Virus record (IMG/VR): IMGVR_UViG_3300023174_000133
Span: 18,535-82,534 of that record
Source of the DNA: a virus
Reading direction: 5' to 3' (one strand)
DNA length: 64,000 bases
Positions 1-9,413 of this stretch are shown in pieces (the first letter of the stretch is position 1; every line of letters begins with the position of its first letter). A model generated the notes under the pieces. The model searched no databases. It saw only the letters and a program-made list of their open reading frames with translations, and was not told where the DNA came from. The translations under genes were made by a program, and so were the position numbers.

Positions 1-483
1 ACGTTTGTCCAAGCGAGGCTTAATGCCAGAAGTTCTTGTTCCATGTCGTCGAGGTTTTTCTTCAAGAACTGTTCGAAGCTTCTTGCGTTCTAAATCCGGA
101 AGGTTGAGAGAATCGAATAGATATTCGGCTAATTCGTCCAAGTCGATTTCTACATCGTAGAATTCTTCGCCCTTATCGTTACCAGCCTTTCGACCAGAAC
201 CTTGACCTTTTTCACCGCGTCGAACAATTTGGTCTTTTTCAAGATCCGTACCAGGACTTGAACCTGCGCTTTTTTGATTATTATCGCCGTAAACGAATTG
301 CCATTCTTTAATTCCTTTAACAGGAATTCTAACTTTTTTCTTTCCGTCTTGTCCGATAATAGACTCTTCGGAAACAATATCCACTATACCTTCGCGAATT
401 GCCTTTTCTATCTTTTGTTTATGTCTCGCTCGGTCAGAAGCAGAACGATCTGCTGTAGTTTTATGTTCTTTAAAAATAGACAT
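1..483 (-). CDS. yeaH: YeaH/YhbH (DUF444) family protein, N-terminal part; runs off the window
   Basis: Not in the ORF track. Translated by hand from ATG at 483: MSIFKEHKTTADRSASDRARHKQKIEKAIREGIVDIVSEESIIGQDGKKKVRIPVKGIKEWQFVYG...AGNDKGEEFYDVEIDLDELAEYLFDSLNLPDLERK, a typical DUF444 N-terminus. Abuts the Nudix stop codon. Confidence 0.85.
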   Translation of the reverse strand, partial: MSIFKEHKTTADRSASDRARHKQKIEKAIREGIVDIVSEESIIGQDGKKKVRIPVKGIKEWQFVYGDNNQKSAGSSPGTDLEKDQIVRRGEKGQGSGRKAGNDKGEEFYDVEIDLDELAEYLFDSLNLPDLERKKLRTVLEEKPRRHGTRTSGIKPRLDKR

Positions 484-906
484 TTATGACCTCTTCTTGC
501 GTGGCATAACGGCCGTTAAAGCAAGACCATGAAATAATGCAGGCTTTAAAAATTCTGGCGATCTATCAATCGCCTTACGCCAAGGAAGCCAAATTGCTTT
601 ATCATGTTCTAAAATACCCGTTTTAGGATTTCGCGCAATTGTAGGAACGCCATCCCAAAAAACGTAATAAAATTGAATATTATCAAAAATTCCTGGCTGA
701 TCGCTTACCAATTCGCAATCTTCTTCGCGTATGCCCGCTTCTTCGTGTGCCTCTCGAAACGCCGCCTGAAACGCAGTTTCTCCTCGTTCAATAGCACCTT
801 TGGGTAGGTCTAATCTTTCACCAACCCAAAGTGTTAACACTTTTTTCATATCATAAGACATAGCCACAAGACCTGCCCCATTGATTTTATTATTTCTATT
901 CCTCAT
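484..906 (-). CDS. Nudix hydrolase
   Basis: Nudix box LPKGAIERGETAFQAAFREAHEEAGI. Confidence 0.9.
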   Translation of the reverse strand: MRNRNNKINGAGLVAMSYDMKKVLTLWVGERLDLPKGAIERGETAFQAAFREAHEEAGIREEDCELVSDQPGIFDNIQFYYVFWDGVPTIARNPKTGILEHDKAIWLPWRKAIDRSPEFLKPALFHGLALTAVMPRKKRS

Positions 907-997
907 GGGACAATCTTAGCTCGTAATTGTGAAATGTTATAGGTTTTGTGCATATAATAGACCTTAAAATGTGCGACTCCTGCGGAATCTACATAGA

Positions 998-1339
998 CTA
1001 TCTATTATAATCGTCCTCTAATCTTACAACGTCGTTTGGATAATACGTGCTCACTTCTAATAGCTTGACTTCCACTTGTTCTGCACAAAATCTATGGATT
1101 GTTCCTGGTTTGACGTGAAAAGATTCACCAGGTATCAAAAACTCTACACGTAAATCATCTTGCGAACCGACTTCTAACCTAAGCACGCCCTCGAGGACTC
1201 GTATCGTCTCTTCTTTATTAACGTGATATTGTCTTGATAATCTAAAGCCCGGGTTAATTGTGATAATCTTTCCAAGATATGCTTCACATTCTGCCCAAAT
1301 TTCCTCGTTACCCCATGGCTTTTCAATAAATTTACTCAC
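998..1339 (-). CDS. Cupin, mannose-6-phosphate isomerase type II C-terminal-like
   Basis: EKPWG, LSRQYHVNKEET, HVKPGTIHR motifs. Confidence 0.85.
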   Translation of the reverse strand: MSKFIEKPWGNEEIWAECEAYLGKIITINPGFRLSRQYHVNKEETIRVLEGVLRLEVGSQDDLRVEFLIPGESFHVKPGTIHRFCAEQVEVKLLEVSTYYPNDVVRLEDDYNR

Positions 1340-1766
1340 TTTCTAACTCCTTTTCATATACTTTGTTATGTCCCATAACTTCTGTGAAAGCATTTAATAA
1401 CTTGCCAGCGACTTCGTTCGCGCCATCTTCGAGTTCTGACGAGAAATGCAAATCGCTTTTTTTAGGATGTAATCCACTTTCGAGTTGTTTTAAATGAAAC
1501 ATTTCGTGTGCGATACTTCGTAGAACATCGGGAAGCAATCTACCACGACAAAATATTTTTATTTTCTTTAGTTCGAACTGACAGACTGCTGTTGTTTCTA
1601 TGTTGTGTTTCTTACGATCTCCAACAAGATAACATTTGTATTCGTCGTGCAGCGAAAGCGCTCTTGAACAATATTGAACGTATAACTCCAATATTCGTTT
1701 AACTTCATCGTTAATACGAAGGTTCTTTTCAAGAAAAATTCTTACGCTTACATTATTTGTCGACAT
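1332..1766 (-). CDS. Zincin-like HExxH metalloprotein
   Basis: DVLRSIAHEMFHLKQ plus a downstream LEDGAN glutamate. Confidence 0.65.
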   Translation of the reverse strand: MSTNNVSVRIFLEKNLRINDEVKRILELYVQYCSRALSLHDEYKCYLVGDRKKHNIETTAVCQFELKKIKIFCRGRLLPDVLRSIAHEMFHLKQLESGLHPKKSDLHFSSELEDGANEVAGKLLNAFTEVMGHNKVYEKELESE

Positions 1767-2265
1767 TTGATGCTGACTCTATTAGCCACGATGACGACTG
1801 GATTTTGCCACCACCTACTCCGAAAATTACTTTACAACCGATTTCTTCGCATAAATCGAATTCAGGCACATTCGCAGCAGCGTCTCTATCGCCACCTTTT
1901 GTAAATGCAACGGGCTTTAGTATTGCTATAGCTCCGACAACTGTTTGTGAACCATCATCCCATGGGACAACATAATCTACACCACGAACGCCAGCTATAA
2001 TTTCAATACGCTCAGCCTCAGGCATAAATGGTTTGCCTTTTTTGCGCACTAAAAATCCGTCGCTATTAACGATAACTGCAAATTTAATTTTTTTTCCCTT
2101 AAAATATTTTTGCTCTTGACAAATTTTCGCGCTCTCTTGAAGACAGCGAAGATGTCCAATGTGCATGGGATCGAATCCACCTGACGTTACGATAAGTTCT
2201 TCGTTAAAAACGTCAGCGTGCATCCTAAGTTCTTGCACATCTTTAAAGATATTGTGTTCATTCAT
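1753..2265 (-). CDS. Cytidylyltransferase family protein (TagD/RibL-like)
   Basis: SGGFDPMHIGH, VNSD, KKGKPFMPEAER, KGGDR, KIQSSS. Confidence 0.9.
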   Translation of the reverse strand: MNEHNIFKDVQELRMHADVFNEELIVTSGGFDPMHIGHLRCLQESAKICQEQKYFKGKKIKFAVIVNSDGFLVRKKGKPFMPEAERIEIIAGVRGVDYVVPWDDGSQTVVGAIAILKPVAFTKGGDRDAAANVPEFDLCEEIGCKVIFGVGGGKIQSSSWLIESASNVDK

Positions 2266-2293
2266 GTGATCCTCGCAATTTAATACTAACTAT

Positions 2294-3931
2294 CTATTGT
2301 AAACTCTTCTTAAATGTCTCTGGGAATAGATGCGAGTTACTACCATAAAATCGTTGCCAGTCGACATCAAGAATGTAACTCGCAGCATGATCGTTTTCGT
2401 TTCTAATAGAACGACCTAAGGACTGAACAACAGTTTTCGCGGTCTCAAAGGCGTACCACCAACCCCAGCGGTGCATACGCTTCTTGACAATTTTATCTCC
2501 AAGATAAGGGTACGGAACCTTGCAAATAATTTGAAAGCGAGATAAATTATCCTTCAAGTCTACGCCTTCCTGCATCGAAGGAGACACGATTACGGTAGGT
2601 TCTTTTGAGCGCATGTGCTCTTCTAATTTCTTGTGTCGATCCTCAGAACCATGGAAAATCAGTCGTTTATTCTTAATGTGTTGTTTAATGTAAGAGGCGA
2701 TTTTATAGCTATGAGCGTGAATGATTCCCTTCTCTTTTGGGTGTTGTTCAAGGATGCTTTTGATTGCCTCGACCAATTTAGGAAGGTCAGCATCGATCGT
2801 CCCAGCTGACATTTTAGCGATTGGAAAAGCGAAAATTGGATGATTGTTAGAATCGAATGGAGACGGAATCGACATAAACGAAACATCGTCGTCGGCGATG
2901 CCAAGCATTCTACAAAAACCTGTTTGATTAATAATGGTAGCAGACATCATTAATACCTTACGACCACTTTTAAACAAAATTTGTTCGGCGTATGGCGAAA
3001 TGTCGATCGACTTAAACTCGAGTTTTCGCATTCCCTTTCCTTCGCCATCAGAAAGATTAAACACCCAATTCTCTTCATCGTAGAGCGAAAGGAATTGCTC
3101 GATCTTCGTAAGATGTTTACTCAACATATCGTACTGTTTCGTAATTTTTTCGAACTCTCCGTTACCTTTTTCGTTGAGTTTGAACTTCTCGATAATCATT
3201 TCATATTGAGCAACATGAACTTTCAACTGCTGAATATAAACGTTTTTAACCCAATCAAAAGATTGCTTTTGAGTAGAGAGTTCTGGCATTTCAAGCTTGA
3301 GCGCGCTCAAAGCGAATCGCTCAGATACCGAGATTTCGATGAACTTACACAGCTCGCCGTCTGCGTTATGCGCTTCGTCGACGACAAGTAGGTTACGAGG
3401 CTCAAGCTTTCCGGAATACGCAGTTTCGGTTAGAAAATAACTGAAATTTGTCACCGACTCGTCTGATGAAATAAACTTCGTCTTTTCTTCTCTGTACGTA
3501 CAGTGAAATTTGCAGGTGCGATAAAACTTCGACGTTGTATCAGTCTCTGCCTTTAATTGTTGTAGGGATTCACCACAGTTTTGTTTTTTGTGATGCTTGC
3601 ACTGATAATTTGCAGCCGACATAATTTGTCGCATGCCACCGTCAGGTTCACCGAAATCGTGGATGTATTGTTCTTGAAGCAGCTTCTGAGTAGTCAAAAA
3701 ATAAGCACCGTTTTTATACCCAGAGTCTGAGTTTTGCGGTTGCGTCGCAGTGAGGTAACGTGCGATAGTCATACCGATAGCAGATTTTCCAACGCCCGTC
3801 GCAGCTTCCAAAACCATGAAGCGTTTATTTTCTGTAACGAATGCGTTAAGAGCAGCGTTAATCGCATTTTCCTGCGCTTCACGACACTCGGCATAAGGAA
3901 AATACTGAATCCAATCGCTCTTCGTAATCAA
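2294..3931 (-). CDS. DinG/XPD-family superfamily 2 helicase
   Basis: EAATGVGKS Walker A, DEAH, MSAT, EGVDL, KVPYP, QSLGRSIR; Cys cluster that may bind Fe-S. Confidence 0.9.
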   Translation of the reverse strand: MITKSDWIQYFPYAECREAQENAINAALNAFVTENKRFMVLEAATGVGKSAIGMTIARYLTATQPQNSDSGYKNGAYFLTTQKLLQEQYIHDFGEPDGGMRQIMSAANYQCKHHKKQNCGESLQQLKAETDTTSKFYRTCKFHCTYREEKTKFISSDESVTNFSYFLTETAYSGKLEPRNLLVVDEAHNADGELCKFIEISVSERFALSALKLEMPELSTQKQSFDWVKNVYIQQLKVHVAQYEMIIEKFKLNEKGNGEFEKITKQYDMLSKHLTKIEQFLSLYDEENWVFNLSDGEGKGMRKLEFKSIDISPYAEQILFKSGRKVLMMSATIINQTGFCRMLGIADDDVSFMSIPSPFDSNNHPIFAFPIAKMSAGTIDADLPKLVEAIKSILEQHPKEKGIIHAHSYKIASYIKQHIKNKRLIFHGSEDRHKKLEEHMRSKEPTVIVSPSMQEGVDLKDNLSRFQIICKVPYPYLGDKIVKKRMHRWGWWYAFETAKTVVQSLGRSIRNENDHAASYILDVDWQRFYGSNSHLFPETFKKSLQ

Positions 3932-4007
3932 GTGACTCTCCAGGTATAATTTTAGACACTATGATAGAATCAAAGACTATATCACAGTTACATTGTAGCG
4001 ATAAATC

Positions 4008-4328
4008 TTAAATTTTATATTGTATGAAATTAGCAGGGAAATCTTTTTCACCCTGCATTTTCTTTAGACGTTCTTCGGAGCGCTTTCTTGCGTAAAATTT
4101 TGCTTCGGTCTCGTCTTTAAATGACATCGATTCGCTATTTTCTTCATCTTCTTCGTCGTTTATAACAACTCGCCATGCTCCATGAGCAACATCAGGCGAA
4201 ATATTTGCGTCGACGCCAGGGACACTTCTCCAATTAAACATACTATCTTCCGGCGGAAGTGTTGTTTTATAACTTCTACCGATTTCTTCTGCTATAATTT
4301 CGCGAACAAGGGCCCTGAGATTTGTCAT
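4008..4328 (-). CDS. Hypothetical protein with N-terminal LRxxIREE-type tag
   Basis: MTNLRALVREIIAEE; ATAGTTA box just upstream. Confidence 0.7.
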   Translation of the reverse strand: MTNLRALVREIIAEEIGRSYKTTLPPEDSMFNWRSVPGVDANISPDVAHGAWRVVINDEEDEENSESMSFKDETEAKFYARKRSEERLKKMQGEKDFPANFIQYKI

Positions 4329-4358
4329 ATTATTAACTATCTCAGGGCCCAAGAAAAA

Positions 4359-4775
4359 TTACTCTACTGAAATTTTTCGCTTACTTGGGCGCTTCACAGG
4401 AACTTCTAAATGAAGGACACCAGCTTCATACTTCGCAGAAATATTTTCATAGTTTGTACCGTCAGGTAGAGACCACGACTTTTCATAAGTCGCCTTATTC
4501 GTCTCCGAATTTTTCGCAGCATTTACAGGACTCGGAATAAACGAATACATACTCGACGAATTTCGAATTTCACGAGATGCACTAACTCGTAGTGTATTCG
4601 AAACGATCTCAACGTCGATATCAGAACGAGAAAGGCCGGGCAAATCGATGTCGATTTCAAACCCTTCATCCGTCCTACGAACGTTTGAATTCGCAAGCCA
4701 GGAATTTTCGAACGTGTTCTTGGTATTGCCAAACATATTATCAATCATATCGTAGTGAATAAGACCAAACATCAT
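4359..4775 (-). CDS. Small heat-shock protein (Hsp20/alpha-crystallin)
   Basis: IDLPGLSRSDIDV, SWSLPD, ISAKYEAGVLHLEVP. Confidence 0.9.
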   Translation of the reverse strand: MMFGLIHYDMIDNMFGNTKNTFENSWLANSNVRRTDEGFEIDIDLPGLSRSDIDVEIVSNTLRVSASREIRNSSSMYSFIPSPVNAAKNSETNKATYEKSWSLPDGTNYENISAKYEAGVLHLEVPVKRPSKRKISVE

Positions 4776-4863
4776 TTTCTCCTAATTTTGCCGAATTCTA
4801 TCATTCGGACCCATATAAAGTAATCACGCTGGAGAAAAAGAACATAGTCTTAGAGAAAAATTA

Positions 4864-5355
4864 TTAGAAAAGTTTACTCAATAATTCAACTCTTTCTTTC
4901 ATTTTCACTTTCTTATCTTTAGGACGTAAAACAGTCGAACAAATCATTCTTGTAGCCTGTTTTTCTCCCATTTTATTGTAATTTAATTTTTGATCGTTCA
5001 TAAAATCGACGATCACGTTTGTCGACGTTTCAACATCGAACATCTCTTTACGAGACATCTTATAGCCCAAACCATCTACATGTAGTTGAAATATTCCAAA
5101 CGATTTATGACCAGGAGAAGTCGCTCTCGGATCGAGCTCACTTTCAGCGAATGCGTTAACGATTAGACCACGAATGACATGTTCCGACTTAAATCCTCGC
5201 TTTCTTGCTACTTTTTCAATAGCACATGCTACGATTCTTTGTTTTTCCGTCACGTTTGCTTTAAGACACACTGGTTCAATAATCTCGCTCTTATCCAAAC
5301 CAGGTGCATACGCCATTTTAGTAAAAAATAAACACAGAATTAGAAAATTCATCAT
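4864..5355 (-). CDS. Lysozyme-fold / lytic transglycosylase-like protein with N-terminal signal
   Basis: AFAESELDPRA and SFGIFQL motifs; hydrophobic N-terminus. Confidence 0.6.
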   Translation of the reverse strand: MMNFLILCLFFTKMAYAPGLDKSEIIEPVCLKANVTEKQRIVACAIEKVARKRGFKSEHVIRGLIVNAFAESELDPRATSPGHKSFGIFQLHVDGLGYKMSRKEMFDVETSTNVIVDFMNDQKLNYNKMGEKQATRMICSTVLRPKDKKVKMKERVELLSKLF

Positions 5356-5408
5356 TTTCCTTATTGTATTTGTTTAATTATACAGCGAAAAGCATTTGAA
5401 TGATACAG

Positions 5409-5438
5409 AAAAAAGAAAGGGGAGCAATTGCTCCCCTT
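5409..5438 (-). terminator. Rho-independent terminator
   Basis: Stem AAGGGGAGC-AATT-GCTCCCCTT followed by a U tract on the minus strand. Confidence 0.8.
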
Positions 5439-5457
5439 CCTAAAGGATTTATTTAAA

Positions 5458-5718
5458 TCACTGCGTAACTGTCGTAGAGGTAGCACCGACCTGTGGACAT
5501 ACGCCATCGACAGGCGTTGAACCATCGGCGCAGCTCGTAGCTGGAGTCGTAACAGTCGACGAACCCGTTGCAGTTACTGTGACGTCAGCAGCAGGAGAAG
5601 TCGCATCTACTGGCGCGGGAGTTTGCGTAACACTATCGGTAATTTGGTCATTGACCGCGGTTTCAGAAGCACAACCAGCAACCATCATGAAAACTACTGC
5701 ACTAAGACTCTTGAACAA
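5458..5718 (-). CDS. Thr/Pro-rich lipoprotein
   Basis: Lipobox VAGC after a hydrophobic stretch; CADGSTPVDGVC Cys pair. Confidence 0.7.
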   Translation of the reverse strand: MFKSLSAVVFMMVAGCASETAVNDQITDSVTQTPAPVDATSPAADVTVTATGSSTVTTPATSCADGSTPVDGVCPQVGATSTTVTQ

Positions 5719-5783
5719 TTTGCCCTCCTTGTTAATGTGGCATACAGATTATTATCAGACATCTCAAATTTTATATCGAAAAG

Positions 5784-5874
5784 TGGCGGGTGTGAGGTGA
5801 TTCGAACACCTGACTGCCTTTCGACAGTGCCACGGTTCCAGCGTGGTGCATTAGACCAACTATGCTACACACCC
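5784..5874 (-). tRNA. tRNA-Ser(GGA)
   Basis: Cloverleaf; anticodon arm CCACG-CT-GGA-AC-CGTGG; long variable arm; encoded CCA. Confidence 0.95.
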
Positions 5875-5949
5875 AAAGTTACAAACATTTACAACAATAA
5901 TTATTCTCGAGACTATGTAAATAAATGAGCTGCGTCACGAGGTGATTTT

Positions 5950-6684
5950 ATGAGGGTAGCTTCGACATTATTCTTATTATTCTCTATATTTTTTCTCACC
6001 TCGTTTAGTGAAGTGAGAACTATCGTTAGACAAGACGGAATTAACCCTCCATCTAATTCATTTGGATTTGTAGTTTCGATAGTCACTATAAAAAATGCTG
6101 AAAAATGTTTAAAAGATGGTTGTCAAGAAGGCATGACTGCTGTCTCTTCTGCGTCTTCAACGATAGTACAACAAGAGAACGGATTTACAAGATTACTCAC
6201 GGCCGGTCACGCATGCGCAGTATCAGAAGCCGGAGATACCGTAACGATGATCGAGGATTTCGAAGGACAAAAGCACTTCGTAACATCACAAGTCTATTCG
6301 GGTGATCCTGATTTGTGTTTACTCGAAACAGATGGGACTTGGGGCACTCCCCTCGGCATCTCGCTTGTAACTCCACAACATGGAGATAGGGTTTGGAATA
6401 TGGCTGCGCCAAGTGGAATATTCGCACCAGGCATGTTATTAATTTTCGAAGGATATTATTCTGGCGAAAAAGACGGGAGCGACTACTACACAGTTCCAGC
6501 CGCGCCAGGATCTTCAGGCAGCGCCATACTAAATTCTAAAGGCGATATAATCGGAGTAATACATTCTGCTATACTAAAGTTTCCAAATTTAGCAGCTTGT
6601 GTAACTCAAGAACAAATTATATCTTTTTTGAAAAAAGCAACCGCGATTCTGGACGAGAGACACTCAAATCCTGATCAGGAATAG
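5950..6684 (+). CDS. Trypsin-like serine protease with signal peptide
   Basis: LTAGHAC (His), DLCLL (Asp), PGSSGS (Ser). Confidence 0.9.
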   Translation: MRVASTLFLLFSIFFLTSFSEVRTIVRQDGINPPSNSFGFVVSIVTIKNAEKCLKDGCQEGMTAVSSASSTIVQQENGFTRLLTAGHACAVSEAGDTVTMIEDFEGQKHFVTSQVYSGDPDLCLLETDGTWGTPLGISLVTPQHGDRVWNMAAPSGIFAPGMLLIFEGYYSGEKDGSDYYTVPAAPGSSGSAILNSKGDIIGVIHSAILKFPNLAACVTQEQIISFLKKATAILDERHSNPDQE

Positions 6685-6852
6685 AAAAATAAACGCCGCT
6701 GCACAAGTTATAAGAAAGCTCGTTGTTTAACATTAAATGCCCACTAACAAGCTCAGCGGGTCTATTAAACGGGCTTACAATAACTCCAAAACTAAATAAT
6801 AAATTTGTGAGTAACAAAGTGACTCCAAAAAAGTTGAATGCGTTTTTATATA

Positions 6853-7224
6853 TCAACCAAGAGTCATTTCTTCCCACTCACCATCCCAATTTGTGTATCG
6901 AACGACTTCAACACCACGCAATCGAAGAAATTTTTGACAATGAATACAAGGTTTGGCCATCGTAATTTCGCCCGTCGACTTAAAACGAGTAACAAAAATT
7001 TTTCTTGGGATATTTTTTCCCATCTTTAGTATCAAATCGACTTCTGCATGTCGTTCATGACAAGAACCCTTCCATCCTTGATACCATTTTTTATATTTTG
7101 CAGTCTGTTTCCAGCTACAAATACCGCGAGTCTCACTTTTTTTATCCGCCCAAGCCACTACGTGGAATGGATGACCATTCGCAAGTGCAGCGTTGAGCAG
7201 TTCATAGTAGAGAGTTGGACACAC
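6853..7224 (-). CDS. Zn-dependent cytidine/dCMP deaminase-fold protein
   Basis: HAE and AKPCIHC motifs. Confidence 0.8.
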   Translation of the reverse strand: MCPTLYYELLNAALANGHPFHVVAWADKKSETRGICSWKQTAKYKKWYQGWKGSCHERHAEVDLILKMGKNIPRKIFVTRFKSTGEITMAKPCIHCQKFLRLRGVEVVRYTNWDGEWEEMTLG

Positions 7225-7238
7225 CCACCTCCAAAACT

Positions 7239-7267
7239 AATATAACTCGTATTTAAAAAATGAACAT
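7239..7267 (-). promoter_or_regulatory. Early-type promoter TGTTCA-N16-TATATT
   Basis: Matches the recurring motif; lies just upstream of the deaminase gene. Confidence 0.7.
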
Positions 7268-7271
7268 CTTT

Positions 7272-8159
7272 TTAGAAAAGATTACTGAAATATCTCTCGC
7301 CCCGGTCGCAGAGTACGGTCGCGACATTTTTAGCACCTGTCTTACGAGCCCATCGTTCTGCGGCTATCAAATTTGCGCAAGCAGAAAATCCAACAAATAA
7401 ACCCGACGACGCCGCCAATATTCTTGAGCGTTCTTCGGCTTCATGAGTCTTGACAAGGATTATATCGTCGACTTTTTTCAAATCCACGAGAAATTTTGAA
7501 CCATCGCCGATTCCCTGAATGCCATGAAGACCTTTTTGTCCACCACTCATAACTGGAGATTCGGCTGGTTCGACAGCAACTAATTTCGTATTGGGAGAAA
7601 GCGTTCTAAATACATGCCCGACTCCCATCAATGTGCCACCTGTACCAGTCCCGGCTACGAAAGCATCGAGCGTAATACCTTGTTCACGAAGCTGATTCCA
7701 GAGCTCACTACCTGTACCATCAATGTGAGCCCTAATATTCCAATGATTATGAAATTGATTACCGTTAAACCAACCATTCGTCTCAGCCATTTCGTTCCTA
7801 AGCGCAATCGCTCCCTCAAAATCTCCATCTCCCACCTCTATGAGCTTTGCACCATAAGCCTTAAACGCTTTCTTCCTTTCCTCACTCATGTTCTTCGGCA
7901 TAATAAGCGTGCAAGAAATTCCATAATACGCGCAAAACATCGCAAATGAAATACCTGCGTTACCAGAAGTCGCCTCTATGAGATTTCCACCTCTGGCAAG
8001 TTTACCTTCTCGCATTGCCTCTTGCATAATTCTTAACATCGGACGGTCTTTTATCGAACCACTTGGATTTAAAAATTCTGCCTTCGCCCAAATAACTAAA
8101 TCGCCCAAGTCAAATTTTAGTAGTGGAGTATTTCCAACAAGGTCGGGTAACGTTAACAT
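7272..8159 (-). CDS. cysK: Cysteine synthase (PLP-dependent, CysK/CysM family)
   Basis: GNTPL, KAEFLNPSGSIKDR, EATSGNAG, GTGTGGT, HGIQGIG, CDRGERYFS. Confidence 0.93.
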   Translation of the reverse strand: MLTLPDLVGNTPLLKFDLGDLVIWAKAEFLNPSGSIKDRPMLRIMQEAMREGKLARGGNLIEATSGNAGISFAMFCAYYGISCTLIMPKNMSEERKKAFKAYGAKLIEVGDGDFEGAIALRNEMAETNGWFNGNQFHNHWNIRAHIDGTGSELWNQLREQGITLDAFVAGTGTGGTLMGVGHVFRTLSPNTKLVAVEPAESPVMSGGQKGLHGIQGIGDGSKFLVDLKKVDDIILVKTHEAEERSRILAASSGLFVGFSACANLIAAERWARKTGAKNVATVLCDRGERYFSNLF

Positions 8160-8194
8160 AAGGATAAGTATTTAGAAATATCTGGAGATTTAAA

Positions 8195-9211
8195 TTGTTA
8201 TTAAAAGAATTTCGCGCACTAATCAGAGAGATCATTCTTGAATCGACCCCAAGAATTCCTGACCTATCAAGGGAAGACATAATCGAAGTACTACAAGACA
8301 TCTTGGGTCGCGATCCTCTAATTTCTTATACTGAAAAATTAGCAGGTCAATTCCTGGAAATCAAAATACAAGACGGAGAAGTCGGAAGCATATTCAAGGA
8401 TGCAAAAGAAAAAGGAGTCCCGCACGGACTTAGATATGACACGGGAGGTACTGCGCGCAGTCTTCGTTCGATAACGCTGCCACCTGAAATGGAAGGAAAA
8501 ACATATCAGTTTGAAATCCTAAAACCAGATAATAGGCCTGACTATGTCAATTATACTGTTGGCGACAAAACTCTCGCGATTGAATTTACGGGAGCGTTAA
8601 CACCAGAAGTCGCGTCGAAATTGAACGCTGCACAACCGCATGTTACATTTATGTCGAAGGCTGATATTACTCGCAAACCAAAACCTCTTTCGCCTGAACT
8701 CGCCGAAAAGGTTAAGGCTGCATTAGTTGGCGTCTCATCTTCTCCGAAAATGAAGAGAGCCGATAAAGAAGCTATTGAATCTCTAATTTCGACAGCACTC
8801 GTAGAAATATTTGGAGACTCGATACTTGGCGGTGCACCAGAAGGTATATTCGCAACTGGCACTTCGAAATCATTTAAAATACCAGAAGCTTCTTACGCGT
8901 TAGTACAAAGGTTACAAGCTCCAATTTATGCCGTATTCTCAGAAAAGAGCACATACGATCTCCACGAGCTCGAAAATAGGATAGCTTCATTCACACCTGA
9001 AGATAAAATGGCGAAGCAAATAAAACAATACTTAGAAGCCACTGCTAACGGTTTACCGAAAGGATTCAGAACGTTCTTCACGCCTGAAGAAGCATCAGGA
9101 TTATTGCAACAATTAGAATCGATCCTCACGGGCGACCCGACAACCGCTTCAAGTTTCTATAGGCAATTCCGCCGCCGCGTTAGTAACAAAACACAGTGGG
9201 TCGCGACCTGA
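8195..9211 (+). CDS. Divergent RNA-ligase-like nucleotidyltransferase with N-terminal tag
   Basis: Tag FRALIREIILE; ligase-like motifs YTEKLAG, YQFEIL, PEGIFA, FKIP. Confidence 0.5.
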   Translation: MLLKEFRALIREIILESTPRIPDLSREDIIEVLQDILGRDPLISYTEKLAGQFLEIKIQDGEVGSIFKDAKEKGVPHGLRYDTGGTARSLRSITLPPEMEGKTYQFEILKPDNRPDYVNYTVGDKTLAIEFTGALTPEVASKLNAAQPHVTFMSKADITRKPKPLSPELAEKVKAALVGVSSSPKMKRADKEAIESLISTALVEIFGDSILGGAPEGIFATGTSKSFKIPEASYALVQRLQAPIYAVFSEKSTYDLHELENRIASFTPEDKMAKQIKQYLEATANGLPKGFRTFFTPEEASGLLQQLESILTGDPTTASSFYRQFRRRVSNKTQWVAT

Positions 9212-9213
9212 TT

Positions 9214-9287
9214 TGGTAGGGCCACCAGGATTTGAACCTAGATTCTCAGAGTCAAAGTCTGATGTCCTACCCTTGGACGATAGCCCT
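9214..9287 (-). tRNA. tRNA-Gln(TTG)
   Basis: Anticodon arm TCAGA-CT-TTG-AC-TCTGA; encoded CCA. Confidence 0.95.
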
Positions 9288-9292
9288 AAAAT

Positions 9293-9367
9293 TGGAGCGG
9301 GCGACGTGGATTGAACACGCGACCGGGAGGTTGGAAACCTCCAGCTCTACCGCTGAGCTACACCCGC
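9293..9367 (-). tRNA. tRNA-Gly(TCC)
   Basis: Anticodon arm GGAGG-TT-TCC-AA-CCTCC; encoded CCA. Confidence 0.95.
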
Positions 9368-9413
9368 ACAAATAAAATATAAAAAGTTTTTATTCTTTGT
9401 TTATTATGAATAA

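Noticed and set aside
150-489. Track ORFs 150-377 (-) and 274-489 (+)
   Set aside because: They are alternative frames overlapping the YeaH reading frame that starts at 483.
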